DNA of 64,000 bases from Guillardia theta CCMP2712 (taxonomy: Eukaryota > Protista > Cryptophyta). The position numbers and the translations under genes are program-made. The notes under the pieces were generated by a model, which was given only the letters and a program-made list of their open reading frames with translations, was not told where the DNA came from and ran no database searches. Shown piece by piece: positions 1 to 11,552 of this stretch (positions are counted from its first letter, which is position 1; the number at the start of each line of letters is the position of its first letter). The DNA is taken from contig NW_005434673.1 of NCBI RefSeq assembly GCF_000315625.1, forward strand, positions 124,001-188,000, written 5' to 3'.

Positions 1-2160
1 CCGACCCCTGGATGACAAGTCCATCAGACCCAGGCCCGATCCCCAGATCGTCACTTGCATCGACCCTGATCCAGCTGTATTCATCCTCTCTGCTGCCGTC
101 AGCGTGACCCTATCGCTCGATACAGCCCCTGTCAAGGACCCTCCCTGCCCTCCCGTCGTCACCGATGCTCGGAGGCTCGAGCCCGTGCTGGCTGATGCCA
201 AGCATACGACGCTTGTCACTCCTACCCAGTCTGTGGCTGAGCAAGCAGATGCCTGTATATGGCCGACCGACGATGCCTGTCCGCTCCCAAGCCCTGCACC
301 GTGTAGGGTGACGCTTGCACTCCCTGTGCTGGCCCTGTTGCCCGGCTCGGCTGTGCTCATGGTTGCGAGGTCGGTCGAGTACATGGCAGTGCTGCTTGCG
401 GCTGTCTCCAGTATTGTCAAGGTGACCTGCGCGCTGGAGCCACTTGATTGTCCTGCTCTACAGATGACGGCCGAGTCTGATAGCCACTCCGATCCCTCGC
501 ATGAGCTGTGCCCTGCTCGCACCGTCGGGCTTCTGTCTGAGCTCCCAAGCTGTCCTCCGACTACAGTGACGTGTGCCGACCCTGTGACTGCTTGGTTTGA
601 TCTGCCCAGCCATGAGCTCACCGCCCCCTCGTCCCACGACAGTTGCTCCGTCACGCTTCCGACAGACCCTACGGATGTCAAGGAGACATGGTGACTTCTG
701 CTCGCCCCCGCCGTGCCCCTGCATCGTATCGAGGTCTCTGATTCCCAGTCAGTGCTTGTACATGCGGTCACGCCTAGCCTCCCTTGCGGTGATGCATTTC
801 GCGGAAGACAGCCCTGATCCTTGTACCGTCATGCTCACAAGATCCTGTACCTGCGCCGTTGTGTACACGCACCGAGCTCGTCTGGGCTAGCTCCTGAGCT
901 CCAAGCTTCTGNNNNNNNNNNNNNNNNNNNNNNNNNNNNNNNNNNNNNNNNNNNNNNNNNNNNNNNNNNNNNNNNNNNNNNNNNNNNNNNNNNNNNNNNN
1001 NNNNNNNNNNNCAAGCTACCGCACTCTCCGACATCCATGATGTGCTCTCTGCGGCTGTTGACCCGGACTGTCCCCTCCCTGTCAGGGACACTGTCCCAAG
1101 CCCTAGTCCCGTCACAGTCACAAGCCCCGAGCCAGTGCTGCCTGCGTTGACGCTCGCCCTCCGCAAGCTTCCTCCGTCCCAGGTGATCGCCTCGGAGACG
1201 CTTCCTCCTGCTACCCCGCCTACGGTCAACGTAGCCCCGGATGATCTTGCCGGGCCAAGACCGCTCGCATGACACGTCAGGCTCGACTCCGACTGCCATG
1301 CTGTAGCTTGACAAGCCGTCATGACCGACGCCGACAAGCTCTGGCTTGACAACCCGTATCCCTTGCCTAGCAACCTAACCGTAACATAAGCTGAGGGCTG
1401 ATTGGACACGACAGCGCCTGAAACATCCGCACGATCATACGACACCAGGTCCGAGCCCGTCCCGACCAGACTAGTGACAGTCAGCACGATCTGACCGCTT
1501 CCCAAACCACTCACACGCCACGACCCGACACACACCACACCCGTCTCCGACGTCCACGCCGTGCTCTCGCTCCCCGTGCCCCCGCCCCGCCCTTGACCTG
1601 ACCCCTCGTACCTCCCCAGCCCTGCCCCGTACACCGTCACTCCCGTCGACCCCGTCCCGGCCCTGTTCCCGCCCTCCCTTACCCCGCTCGCCCCCGCCCC
1701 GTCTGCCGAGATCGCCTCCGTCCCCGTGCCTCCGCTCCCGCCCCCTCCTGCCGTCACCCCTACCCGCATGCTCCTCCCCTCTCCTGCTGCCTGCTGGCAT
1801 GATAGGGACGTGTCGCTTTGCCAAGTTGTCACTTGATTTTCGGTTCCTCCTCGCCTTGTTCCTAATGTGTTATCATAAGTTCCATAATTGTTTCCCACGT
1901 AAATTATTTGTATGGCTGGAGTTGCAGGATTGTTTGAATTGATTGTTGTTGTGATGGTTGGCTGGTCGTAGGAGACTGAGAGGACCCTCGTTATTTCAGC
2001 GTTGCTGACTGTTAAGGTGATCTCAAGGTTGCTTTGTATTCCGCTTGCTATACTGCAAAGGATTGAGGACTGCGACAGCCATATGGACGAAGAACATGCT
2101 GTATTGCCTAACCTCAATGCTGCAGGATCAGATATGTTGCTTGAAATTACTGTGATTGAA
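1..2160 (-). CDS. Large Gly/Ser/Thr-rich tandem-domain (IPT/TIG-like repeat) protein, partial; runs off the window start and crosses an N gap
   Basis: ORF 774-2117 has ~100-aa repeats, each with a (C)xxTxWxSxSxLxC motif (TACSSSIWLSQSSILC, QVTTWQSDTSLSC, ESTAWTSETGVVC, CQATAWQSESSLTC, AESTSWMSESAV). The same motifs continue in 1-900. No clear start codon is visible. Confidence 0.65.
912..1011. other. Assembly gap (100 N). Other gaps: 27744-27843, 30542-31191, 33461-33560, 35188-35287
   Basis: Runs of n in the sequence. Confidence 1.
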
Positions 2161-3615
2161 AGGCCCCAACAGATGGAAAGTTAGACTGTCCATCAATGAA
2201 AATATCTTGCCCAACGACCACAAAAAAATAGAGAGAGAGCGTCAAACCAATGATGAATAATTGCAATGGTCGTCTTTTCCGACCCTTCCTTGTTGTCATT
2301 TGTTGAATTCCTTCTACACCCACTTTGTACTTGATTCAGGTTGCACTTTGAGATCTGAGCATTGTGTCATTCTTCATTTCTTTGCTCCTCAAGTATCCTG
2401 CTTGATTTGAATTTGCTTTCTAATCGATCCGATCACCTGATCATTCGTCCTCATAATACGAGATTTATTCTCTAAAGTTTTTGTCCTCTCCCCTCTTAAT
2501 CATTTATATTGACTCCCATCCCCTCCGCTATCAGATTTTCCTAATTTGTCTGGGCGCTGATATCGCGGCCCCACTAAAATATATACTTCTCTCATATTGC
2601 ATCTTCCCCACCTTTCCTTCCCATACCCTTTTCCCACTCATCCCTTCCTGCTCATTCCAACTTTGCTTCTATTTACTTCGTTCTCCCTCCTCCCAGCGTA
2701 CTCCGCTTCAACTTTTCTTTGCACCTTGTTGAGTCACATTGCGATAGAACCTACCTGCTACTCCATCGAGTCCATGCCCTCAATCTAACTCTTTCACCAC
2801 CTCTTCTGACTTTTCTCATTCTCCTTCGCGCCATTCATCACCGGACGCTATCTCCACTACCCACCCACCCACCAATTACTGTATCTAGGTAGAAATATTA
2901 TGTGGGGGGTGATGAGGGTCATCCGTTTATCCAGTAGTCCGACGGATAGCAAAAAAATGTCAAAAGAACAAAAGAACTTTGACTGCTGAAACCACCTTCA
3001 ACACACACCAAACCTCAACGATGCCGCTGCCTTGTTCTGTCCGCTTTGTCCCACAACTTTCATCAGATGAGAAAGCGATCACTCGATATGGGTGATCAAA
3101 TCCTGCTCCTTGCCATCGCGACGTAGAACATATTTGAAGATCTTGTTCATATGCTCCATAACTAAAGGTTGTGATCAAAATAGGTTGTGATCACATGCAA
3201 GACCGTCCCGACGGACAACTCGACAACATCGATTGTCACAATCTTTCCAAATATGATTTAATGAATTGACGAGTCCTTTGACTTCGTTAGAGATGGACTC
3301 CTTCAATCTGAGAGAACTTTATCTGGTGTAAACCTACCTGTTTCGAACAACAATGTATTGCCCGACAAACTGGACTTCGTAGTAAATTCCTTGATTCTTT
3401 GAACCTATCTCGCCTCGGAAAAGCCTTGACAGCAGTACGAGGAAATCGCTGGGAGTGTGAGGCTTATGGAGATAACCTTTCTTAGCGTCCGTCTGCCATG
3501 AGCATGAGTTGCTGGATCTGATGATCCAGATAGGCAGCTAGGGAAGGATTTAGACTCTTCCACAGATTTATGTATGAAGGATTAACTCTAATCAAGCTCA
3601 TTCTTGTCAACGTAA

Positions 3616-4791
3616 CTATTCTTTTGCATTAAGAATTCTAGATTTATCCTCGACCAGAACAAGGTGCCCATCCACCCGCTCAAGGCGGACACTGACGGAA
3701 TTTCCCCGTGACATAGCAGCCTTCATCGCGGCCTCTTCTTCAGTCTGGTTGTTGACGGCTCTAAAGATATCACAGGCATGACCATATGGAATGTTGAAGA
3801 TGTTGCGAATGTCCTGGGGAGAAAGGTCTTTCAGATGCTCAACTGAGATCTTCTCCTGTTTCATGGTTGCAGCATACTTGTCACAAGCTTCCGCATCGGA
3901 CTTGATGGCGATTTGAAGGAGCCCCATCAGATCTGAAGGATCCTCGGCTTTGATGTCGCTCTTCTCCACAGTCTCTTCATCATCCTGGCTTCGACGATAG
4001 CGGAGAAATATGTAGACGAGAAGTATGATCGCTCCCCAGAAGACAATGGTGTTGACAGGAACTGCAATGTACAGCAGACTTCTGAGCATGAAGAATGAGT
4101 CGAAGGCGGTGGGGTATCGAATGTAAACCATCGAGACCAGCGCAGACAGGCCGAAGATAACCCCGATAGCAAGGCAGAGGTAGCAGATGCCAATGAGCGG
4201 AAGTCCGTAAACTAGCCAACGCTTTAGCGCCTCGTCGTTGGTACGCGTGGGTGATAATGAAAGTGAACAGAGCAAGAACATAGCACCAGCCAGAGCGACC
4301 CCCAACATGCATGTGCTTGGAAATCCGAACATAGAAAGATTCTTTGAGACGAAGTTGTCATCCCCGTAAAATGCATACATGTATTGTAGCGGAAACACCT
4401 TCGACGCGAACCGGGCTGCGCTCATGATTTCTCGACAAGAATCACTCAGAATCAAGGAATCGCATTTTTCACTTCTGTTCAAGATAGCCAGTAAATCGAA
4501 CTTGTTAGACAGGTCAGTTGGTATTTGCACCGAGGTTTTCTCTGCGATAAGAGTGCTGCGTACAAACTTTCTGAAGTTGGGATCGAAGAATATGGAATAC
4601 TTCAGGTTTGCGTTGTCAAACTCCAGTTCCTCAATGGTAAAGAAGAGTCCAATAGCAATGGAGAAGACTAAGGCGGAAACCACTCCTAGCAGCTCAAGCA
4701 ACGTGTCTATGTCCTCGAAGGTCGCGTGTCCTAGTGACTGCTCTATCTCCTCTGTTGGTTTACCTCGACCAACTTTCTTGGGTCGTATCAT
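3616..4791 (-). CDS. Multi-pass membrane protein with a C-terminal SAM-like domain
   Basis: 391-aa ATG-started ORF with about four hydrophobic segments. The C-terminal KYAATMKQEKISVEHLKDLSPQDIRNIFNIPYGHACDIFRAV fits the SAM pattern. Confidence 0.7.
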   Translation of the reverse strand: MIRPKKVGRGKPTEEIEQSLGHATFEDIDTLLELLGVVSALVFSIAIGLFFTIEELEFDNANLKYSIFFDPNFRKFVRSTLIAEKTSVQIPTDLSNKFDLLAILNRSEKCDSLILSDSCREIMSAARFASKVFPLQYMYAFYGDDNFVSKNLSMFGFPSTCMLGVALAGAMFLLCSLSLSPTRTNDEALKRWLVYGLPLIGICYLCLAIGVIFGLSALVSMVYIRYPTAFDSFFMLRSLLYIAVPVNTIVFWGAIILLVYIFLRYRRSQDDEETVEKSDIKAEDPSDLMGLLQIAIKSDAEACDKYAATMKQEKISVEHLKDLSPQDIRNIFNIPYGHACDIFRAVNNQTEEEAAMKAAMSRGNSVSVRLERVDGHLVLVEDKSRILNAKE

Positions 4792-4990
4792 TACGTCAAA
4801 GTGACTAGCGTACCTGCAAACTAAGAAATCAGCCGTTGCGGCATCAGACGATCAAGATGAAGGTTAGGGGGAAATAGGACGAGACAAGAACCATCATCGA
4901 AAATCACAGAAGAAATCTAGAGGGAGAACAAGATGTAGTGACATTAAACATTTCTTCTTCACTATGTTCCTATTAGCCGAAGGCGAGAAG

Positions 4991-4993
<3 letters not shown>

Positions 4994-5047
<54 letters not shown>
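4994..5047. repeat. (CAG)18 microsatellite
   Basis: Pure cag run. Confidence 0.98.
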
Positions 5048-5050
<3 letters not shown>

Positions 5051-5596
5051 AATATGGCTGGCAATCCAGGGATGGTGGATGGACTCATGAGGGAGGAGGG
5101 GGGAGGGAGGGAGGCTGACGAACAGCGGCAACTGCTTTTAGTAGTGGTTTAGCAAGAGTACAGGTATTAGAATGTGTATGTGGTGGAACAAGAGTAGGAG
5201 GGAAGAGGGAGGAGGGAGGTTGGGAAGGGAAGAAGGGAAATGAAGAAGGAAATGGAAGCATGAAACAAAGCCGACGAGCAGGAATAGGAACACCAGGAGC
5301 ACCAGGAGCGAGAGCGAGAGCAGGAGCAAGAGCAGGAGGAGTGGGTAAGTTGGGGGTGGGGGCTGAATAGTCCCGGGTGAACCCGGCGGAACTTCAAACA
5401 CGAGCCTTGAAGTTAACCATTGCGAAACTCTTATATTACAATACTATGAATAATTACACTGCAAAATTCAAATTTGAGAATGGCCTTTCGATAAAAAGCT
5501 CTCGGAGAGGACTCAAGGATTGAAAATTCAAAACTGAAAGGCGCCTGCCGTACTCCGAAACGAGTACAGTATCTGAATATGGTACCAATGACCAGG

Positions 5597-5805
5597 GTGG
5601 TACCTATGGGTGGTAGCCTAATAATGTGGTAGCCTATGGGTGGGCCTAATAATGTGGTAGCCTATGGGTGGGCCTAATAATGTGGTAGCCTATGGGTGGT
5701 AGCCTAATAATGTGGTAGCCTATGGGTGGGCCTAATAATGTGGTAGCCTATGGGTGGGCCTAATAATGTGGTAGCCTATGGGTGGTAGCCTAATAATGTG
5801 GTAGC
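5597..5805. repeat. Minisatellite of 28/30-bp units with higher-order periodicity
   Basis: Units gtggtagcctatgggtgggcctaataat (28 bp, B) and gtggtagcctatgggtggtagcctaataat (30 bp, A), ordered A-B-B-A-B-B-A. The first A lacks one base. Confidence 0.95.
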
Positions 5806-5829
5806 GCTGTAAAGGAAGTCACAAGTCCC

Positions 5830-6665
5830 TGGTTGAAGTCCGAACTGGCAACTGAACATGTCAGTGTACCGTACTACAGTTGGACCGGGCCGGCCCGGAG
5901 CCGCGGCGGCCCGGCCTGGCATCACCCGAGTCGTCGGATCACGGTCCGGGGCGGCACTGCCCGGCCGGCAGTGAATTACCGGGAGTCGCCGGCGTACCCG
6001 TACCGTGGCCCTGACCGTCGCGACCCGGCTCTAAAGTTTGTCCGGGCCCGGGCAATGAGTTGTTTAAGTCAAGTTCAACGGTTGGTTGCCATTCAATCAT
6101 GGCAGTAATCGGACTCACTGAGTCGGCGAGTTTCACCGATCACCGGCGGACGGTCACTTTGCACTAGCTGAGTGCTTATCGGTGTTCAACCGTGTGAGTG
6201 CTTGTCGGTGTCATACAGCGGCCAACTTGGCAAGTTACAAGTTACGTACCCGGGCCCCGGCAGTGACTCAGCGGGGGCCCACACTCAGCCTGGCAGGTTC
6301 GGACTGTGCCGGGGCCGACCGTCGACCGGGTCACCGTCCGAGACCGGCACTGAGTCCCGAGTCCGGCCCGGGACTCGGGAGACGCCGTCCCGGAACGCGG
6401 CGCCGCAGTGCAGTGCAGTGCAGTCACGCGGCGTGCCGGACTCATCTGGCGGCTGCGCGGCCGCAGACCGTGACCGTGCCTCAGCCTGGCAGCCCGAGAC
6501 TCGGACGGCGTGGCGCCAGCCCGGGCCGCTGTACTCCGAGGCTCGCCGGCCCATCCCCCCCCCCCCCGGGGGGCCGGGCCGCCCATGCGCCGCGGCCAGT
6601 GACTGAACTTCCAAGTTCGGGGCCCGATCCCCTAGTATCCGGGAGTATCCGGGAGTATCCGGGAG
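5830..6665. other. GC/CpG-rich, palindrome-dense intergenic block between divergent genes
   Basis: Dense ccgg, gccggc, actgagt and gactcgg words; no credible protein in any frame. Confidence 0.6.
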
Positions 6666-6693
6666 GATCCGACTTGAGTTTTCAGTTGACAAA

Positions 6694-8445
6694 ATGCCGA
6701 AGGTGCGCTTCTGATGCTGGTTGGGAAGAGAAGGAGGTTGTTGGGTGGCGGATAGAGATGGAGGAAGGGGATGTAGAGCAAGATTGTAGAGGTGTAGAGC
6801 AGAGAGAGTCAAGTTGAGATGTTGTTTGTAAGGATGGATCATGTCATGGTACATCTAAACCAGGAGAGCAGCTGGGTGGGATCAATGTATTGTAGTCGAA
6901 TTGAGATTGAAAGTATATCAGAATGATATGTGAAAAATCTTTATGAATTATTGAAATGTGGAAGCCTCTGGGATGAGAGAGAGAGAGAGGAGGGAGGGAG
7001 GGAGGGAGGGAGGGAGGGAGGGAGGGAGAGTTGTAGTCGATGGTGAACAACTTGTTTCCTGTGAAAGATTGGAGGGCAGGGGCATACTAGAACGAGGTTT
7101 GCTTGCATTCAAGTCACATACAGAAGAGTACGGAGTGAGGGAGTGAGTGAGTGAGTGAGGGAGGGAGGTAGAGAGGGAGGGAGGGGTTTGCTGGTCCGCA
7201 AAGATCCAATTCTTTCGAATTGCACTTACAATTTCTTCAGAAGGGTGGCAAGGGAAAACCGAAAGCCAAAGGCGGAGCGTCGGAGGAGGTTAGGGAGTCT
7301 CCTGACAGATCTGGCTGACATACTGTGTCCGAAGGGAGCTGAGCTTACAGCGGAAGAACGGGAGCAGAAGGCCAAACTTCGTATCGAAGCGCTGGAAAGA
7401 GAACTTGGTCCATCTCCCTGGGAAGTCGTTAGTGTGGTGACTTGCTGCTGCAGTTCAACGTACAGATGTGATGAATCGAGCTCTGCAAGCGCACAATGAA
7501 ATGCGTCAAAAACAGGTAAGAGAGAGCAGACCCCGATCTCAATGCCATGCTCCTGGTTGAATCTTTATGCTGCAGAAAGAGCTCCTGCAGGATTTCGAAA
7601 ATGAGAAGAACAACACGTTCGCCATCACCGCTGATATGGTCACTGAGGGTGTGTTGTATGCCTCTTTGACCTTGAGGGCAGACAAGACAATACAAGAGCA
7701 TGCAGGAGGAGCTCTTGCGGCGGATCAACACCTTAGAGGTCTCGTCGGTGGTCGACTTTGTTTGTATACCTCACACGTCAGTGACAGAATAGCATCCAAG
7801 AGCTGAAAGATCAGCTGGAACTCGCCCGTCAGGTTGACTTGGCCTGTCAGCACGGCCAGTAATGACTCCTGTGCTTTCAGGCCAACGAAGATCTGCGAAA
7901 ACAGAAGGACCAAGTCTGTTGTCCTCCATTGTCGTCCCAGGACACTGACGCCGTTTGGCCTCAGGAGCTGGCGCTGAAAGATGCACAGATAGCAGATCTC
8001 AAACAGAAGATGGAAGATATGGGTGAGAACTGCTCTGTCTATCTTTATCATCGTTCCTCCGTGCATGCTCTTGTCATTGGTTTATGTGATTTTGGTGCTA
8101 TTTTTCTTCGTGTGTTTGATTGTTTATGTGTGTTTGCGTGTGTTTTGTGTGTGTGTTTTTGTATGTATTTGTGTTTGTATGTGTACTGGTCTTCCGTCTT
8201 TCTCGGTTCCTCCGTGGCTCTGATGGAATGTCACGATGTTCGCAGCCATCGAGTTCGGCGACATGCTCAAGGAGACTCTCGACAAGATGAGCGAGAAGAT
8301 AGAGGCGACGAGGTGAGAGGAGGAGGAAGCGGAGGCAACGTCTCTGAGCATGACCTCCCTGTGCAGCAACGAATGGGATCATGATGCGGGGGGGGACGTG
8401 CAGAAGAAGCTGGAAGAGTTTAACATCGGACCCATCGGGATGTGA
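6694..8445 (+). CDS. CCDC153: Coiled-coil protein CCDC153 / dynein regulatory complex subunit DRC12 homolog (multi-exon)
   Basis: Spliced reading: MPK|KGGKGKPKAKGGASEE...KAKLRIEALEREL...QKELLQDFENEKNNTFAITADM|TRQYKSMQEELL...ELALKDAQIADLKQKMEDM|AIEFGDMLKETLDKMSEKIE...KKLEEFNIGPIGM*. First intron 6703-7240 is GT-AG. The motif order matches CCDC153 as I recall it. Confidence 0.72.
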
Positions 8446-8469
8446 AGATTTCTCTCTCTCGTGAATCTC

Positions 8470-10628
8470 TCGTGTAATATTCAAGTGCTTTAATTTTTCA
8501 TTACAATCTGTCGAAACCCCTACTGAGGTGACTCTGAGAGGTACAAGGGTAAAAGATTGCAGCGCTGAGTTTGACTTGGACATCAGCACGTGCTCAGCCC
8601 GAAGAATATCGAGGAGACGATCATAACAAGCATCAGAATGCATCCTGAACCTGCAGGGCCTTATTAGCGAGGCGAAGTCGACAGATTGCTTACCACAGCA
8701 CATCACTAACACCTTGGCTGCAACTTTGGCACCGTGATCTGCACGGGAGCGTGTTCAGTCGTCTAGCAGGAGAAGCTGCATGTGATGTCGTACATTTCTT
8801 CAGCACGAAGGAGGAGAACGTAGAGAGGCCGAGCATCAGGTCTAGGCCATCGATGCACCTTCGTGCTGCGTGAGGGAGTACGAGCGCCTTGCAAGACTTC
8901 AAGACCTGTTGGGGAAGAAGAGAGTCTTGAAGTAAGTCCAGCAGCAGGCCAAGAGGAAGAAAGCCGTGATCTGGCCGAGCAAGCATCAACGTCATCGCCG
9001 CAAGTTTCTAGCAGAGCTGACCCAGACAAGAGCGGGGAACTTGTTGGAGTTGAAGAAGTAGGTGAAGTGTAAGGAAGCGAGAGATATCATCGTCTCCCAT
9101 GCCACCCAGGGCATCCTGTACATGCTCAGCCGTTGGTACATGTAGTAGGATCCAGCCCCGACGAGAGCGAGGAGGACTAGAAACGTTGTGTCGACCCTGG
9201 TCACCGACGAACACTTCCTGGAGTGCCGCATGAAAGTCCGCTGGCGATTTCGCACCAACAGAATGATGGAGAGTAGGAGGGCTGCAGGAAGTTCACCATG
9301 ACAGCAAACAAGCAATATCAGCAGACCCAGGGAGACTGAGGTGATCACGACGGAGATTTCTCCATGGTATCTCGAGGGTGTGCAAACGTAAGGGATCAAG
9401 CATCGGAGGGAGTCCTGCACATTCCAAGGTTTCACAGACTGGAGGAAAGAAACATTCATATCTGCCTGTAGTGGTTGAAGATTCTCAATGATGGGATCAG
9501 CGTGCAGGGGAGGATCTTCGCCCTGCAGCGAGGATTCAGCAGCACCGAGCACATGCCATGCGTTGCTGACCTGCGTGCTCCCAAAGTGGAGGGTGAGATA
9601 ACCGATCAGCGGAGCTCGCTCAAAGCAGTTGGTCTCTGTTGACGTGACGTAGCATCTGAACAGCAGCAGACCGATCACTCCAACGCATAGGGGTGGGACT
9701 TTGACATGCCGGCAGACGGTGGCGAACGCCTTGTAGCCGATCCACCTCCTCGCGTACTCGTTGGCAGAGCTGGCAGACGAATAAACGAGCCTTGAGCCGG
9801 CGGGTTTGATCGCGACAGATCTTGACAAGCGTCAGACGGAAGCAGCACCCCTCCACTGACCTTGAGATCAACGGGTGGTGGTAGCGATCAGCTGGAAGAA
9901 ACTGTGGAGCAGCATGGAAATTCAGAGGAGTGGAGTTTGGCCCCAAGGTCAATCCCTCACATCCATGATGATCGAGTACTCGGGCATGTCTCGCTGCCGC
10001 ATCTTGAAACCTTGAGATCCACGACAGTCAGAGGCTGGAGAAGGGGGAGGGGGAGGGGAAGGGGGAACAGAAGGAGAAATAGCAGGAATTTACGATAGAG
10101 TCCAGGAATAGATCGCGAGTCTGAAGTCATGAAGATCTCATAAGGTGTTTGTCGGACAAGTTCGCCGAGCTGTTTCTCTAGCCCTCGGATTGACAGGTGG
10201 GGCGTGTACACAACGTAGATCGTGTACGTGTAAGTCCAACTGGGACGGTGCTGGTACGAAGCCCGAAGGGTCTCTCCCTTCAAAGTGTAGAGCAAACCAA
10301 ACCGCTGGAAGAAGACGCTGTCAATGAAGAACAGCATGTCGTCAACGCTCGTCCTCGATGACTCGGATGGTCCTGATGACCACGAGCAGTTCAAGCTCTG
10401 AAACGACGTCATCAAGGCTGTCGGGTAATCCGCCTGAATGCGCTTGACCCCCTTTGAGGATGAGAACTCGTTCCAAAGCACAAGGATGGAGACAGCAAAC
10501 ACGATACGAATCAACCAGCGATACCTCGCCTTGTCCAACTCGCTAAAATTTCCTCTTCTAACTCCGTATCGCTCCGATCCTTCAGATTCCTCGAAATCCC
10601 CGGAAGGGGAAGCGTCGGGATGTACCAT
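8470..10628 (-). CDS. Hypothetical multi-exon membrane protein
   Basis: ORFs 9957-10628 and 8992-9828 carry hydrophobic helices (WLIRIVFAVSILVLW; VSLGLLILLVCC; FLVLLALVGAGSYYMY). No family recognised; ends are approximate. Confidence 0.5.
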
Positions 10629-11552
10629 TTATGTCCCTTTGCTACCCCTCGACACGGGATCCGAGCCTTTCAGCCAGCCAGCACGAGCGTGTGGACATTC
10701 ATCTCTGCGCTCGTCATGAAGGGATCACCCAACTCAAACCTCCTCACGCCTTCCAGAAAGGACAGGTCAAAGTTCCATCACAATTATCAATGGATCCTCA
10801 TCAGGTAGATCCACACTCGTCCGTGTTATCATCATCATCCTCGTCCTCCTTATCCTCGTCCTCCTTACCGCACTCGTCATCGTCGTCTTCCTCCTTGACC
10901 CCGTCCTCGTCCTTGTCCGCGCTTGTTGGCTCCTGCCATGCTCTCTCCGACAGCAGCTCCGACAGGGTCTGCGACAGGGTCTTCCTGTAGCATTGAAAGG
11001 TAAGAAGGGGTAGGTAGGGTACCACCTTTGGTGGCTGCTTGGTTGTTTTAGTGATTAAAGGGTGGGTGGTATTGCAAAGGTGTGGGTGAGGTACTTGTCT
11101 TTCTGTGGATGGGGGGTGGGGGTGGGGGTTATATTTGAATGAACATGGCGGGAGAGGTGAGGCAGAGGAGGAGGGGAGGTTAGAGGAAGAAGAGGAGGGG
11201 ACAGACTTTGCTTGAGAGATTGGAAGACAGGAGGGAGGAGGGAGGAGGGAGGAGGGAGGAGGGAGGAGAGTGAGGAGGAGAGGGCAGGGACCAGTGGGGA
11301 AAGGGCGAGGGAATGGGAGATCAGAGACAGCGAGGATAGTAATCCAAACGTAGTTGGGCAGGAAGAGAGAAGTGGGAAGTCATGAGTAGCTCGATATCAT
11401 TCCGTCTGAACTCATGGTTGTCTTCACCGAAAGACCGTCAGTGAGATTTGAGGTTACATGACCGTTCTCTCAACCAGGTGAAATTTGAATGCGTGCTGAG
11501 AGGACCTCGTCTGTAACATTCTCTTGGGCACAACAGTTCTTTTTGCATTTTG

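Noticed and set aside
2960-3510. Possible small minus-strand gene
   Set aside because: Only short ORFs; no consistent exon chain or domain could be built.
5597-5805. CRISPR-like array
   Set aside because: The units are contiguous with no unique spacers, the context is eukaryotic and there are no cas genes. It is a minisatellite.
5833-6854. Overlapping Arg/Pro/Gly-rich ORFs on both strands
   Set aside because: They are a by-product of high GC and few stop codons; no domain signal.
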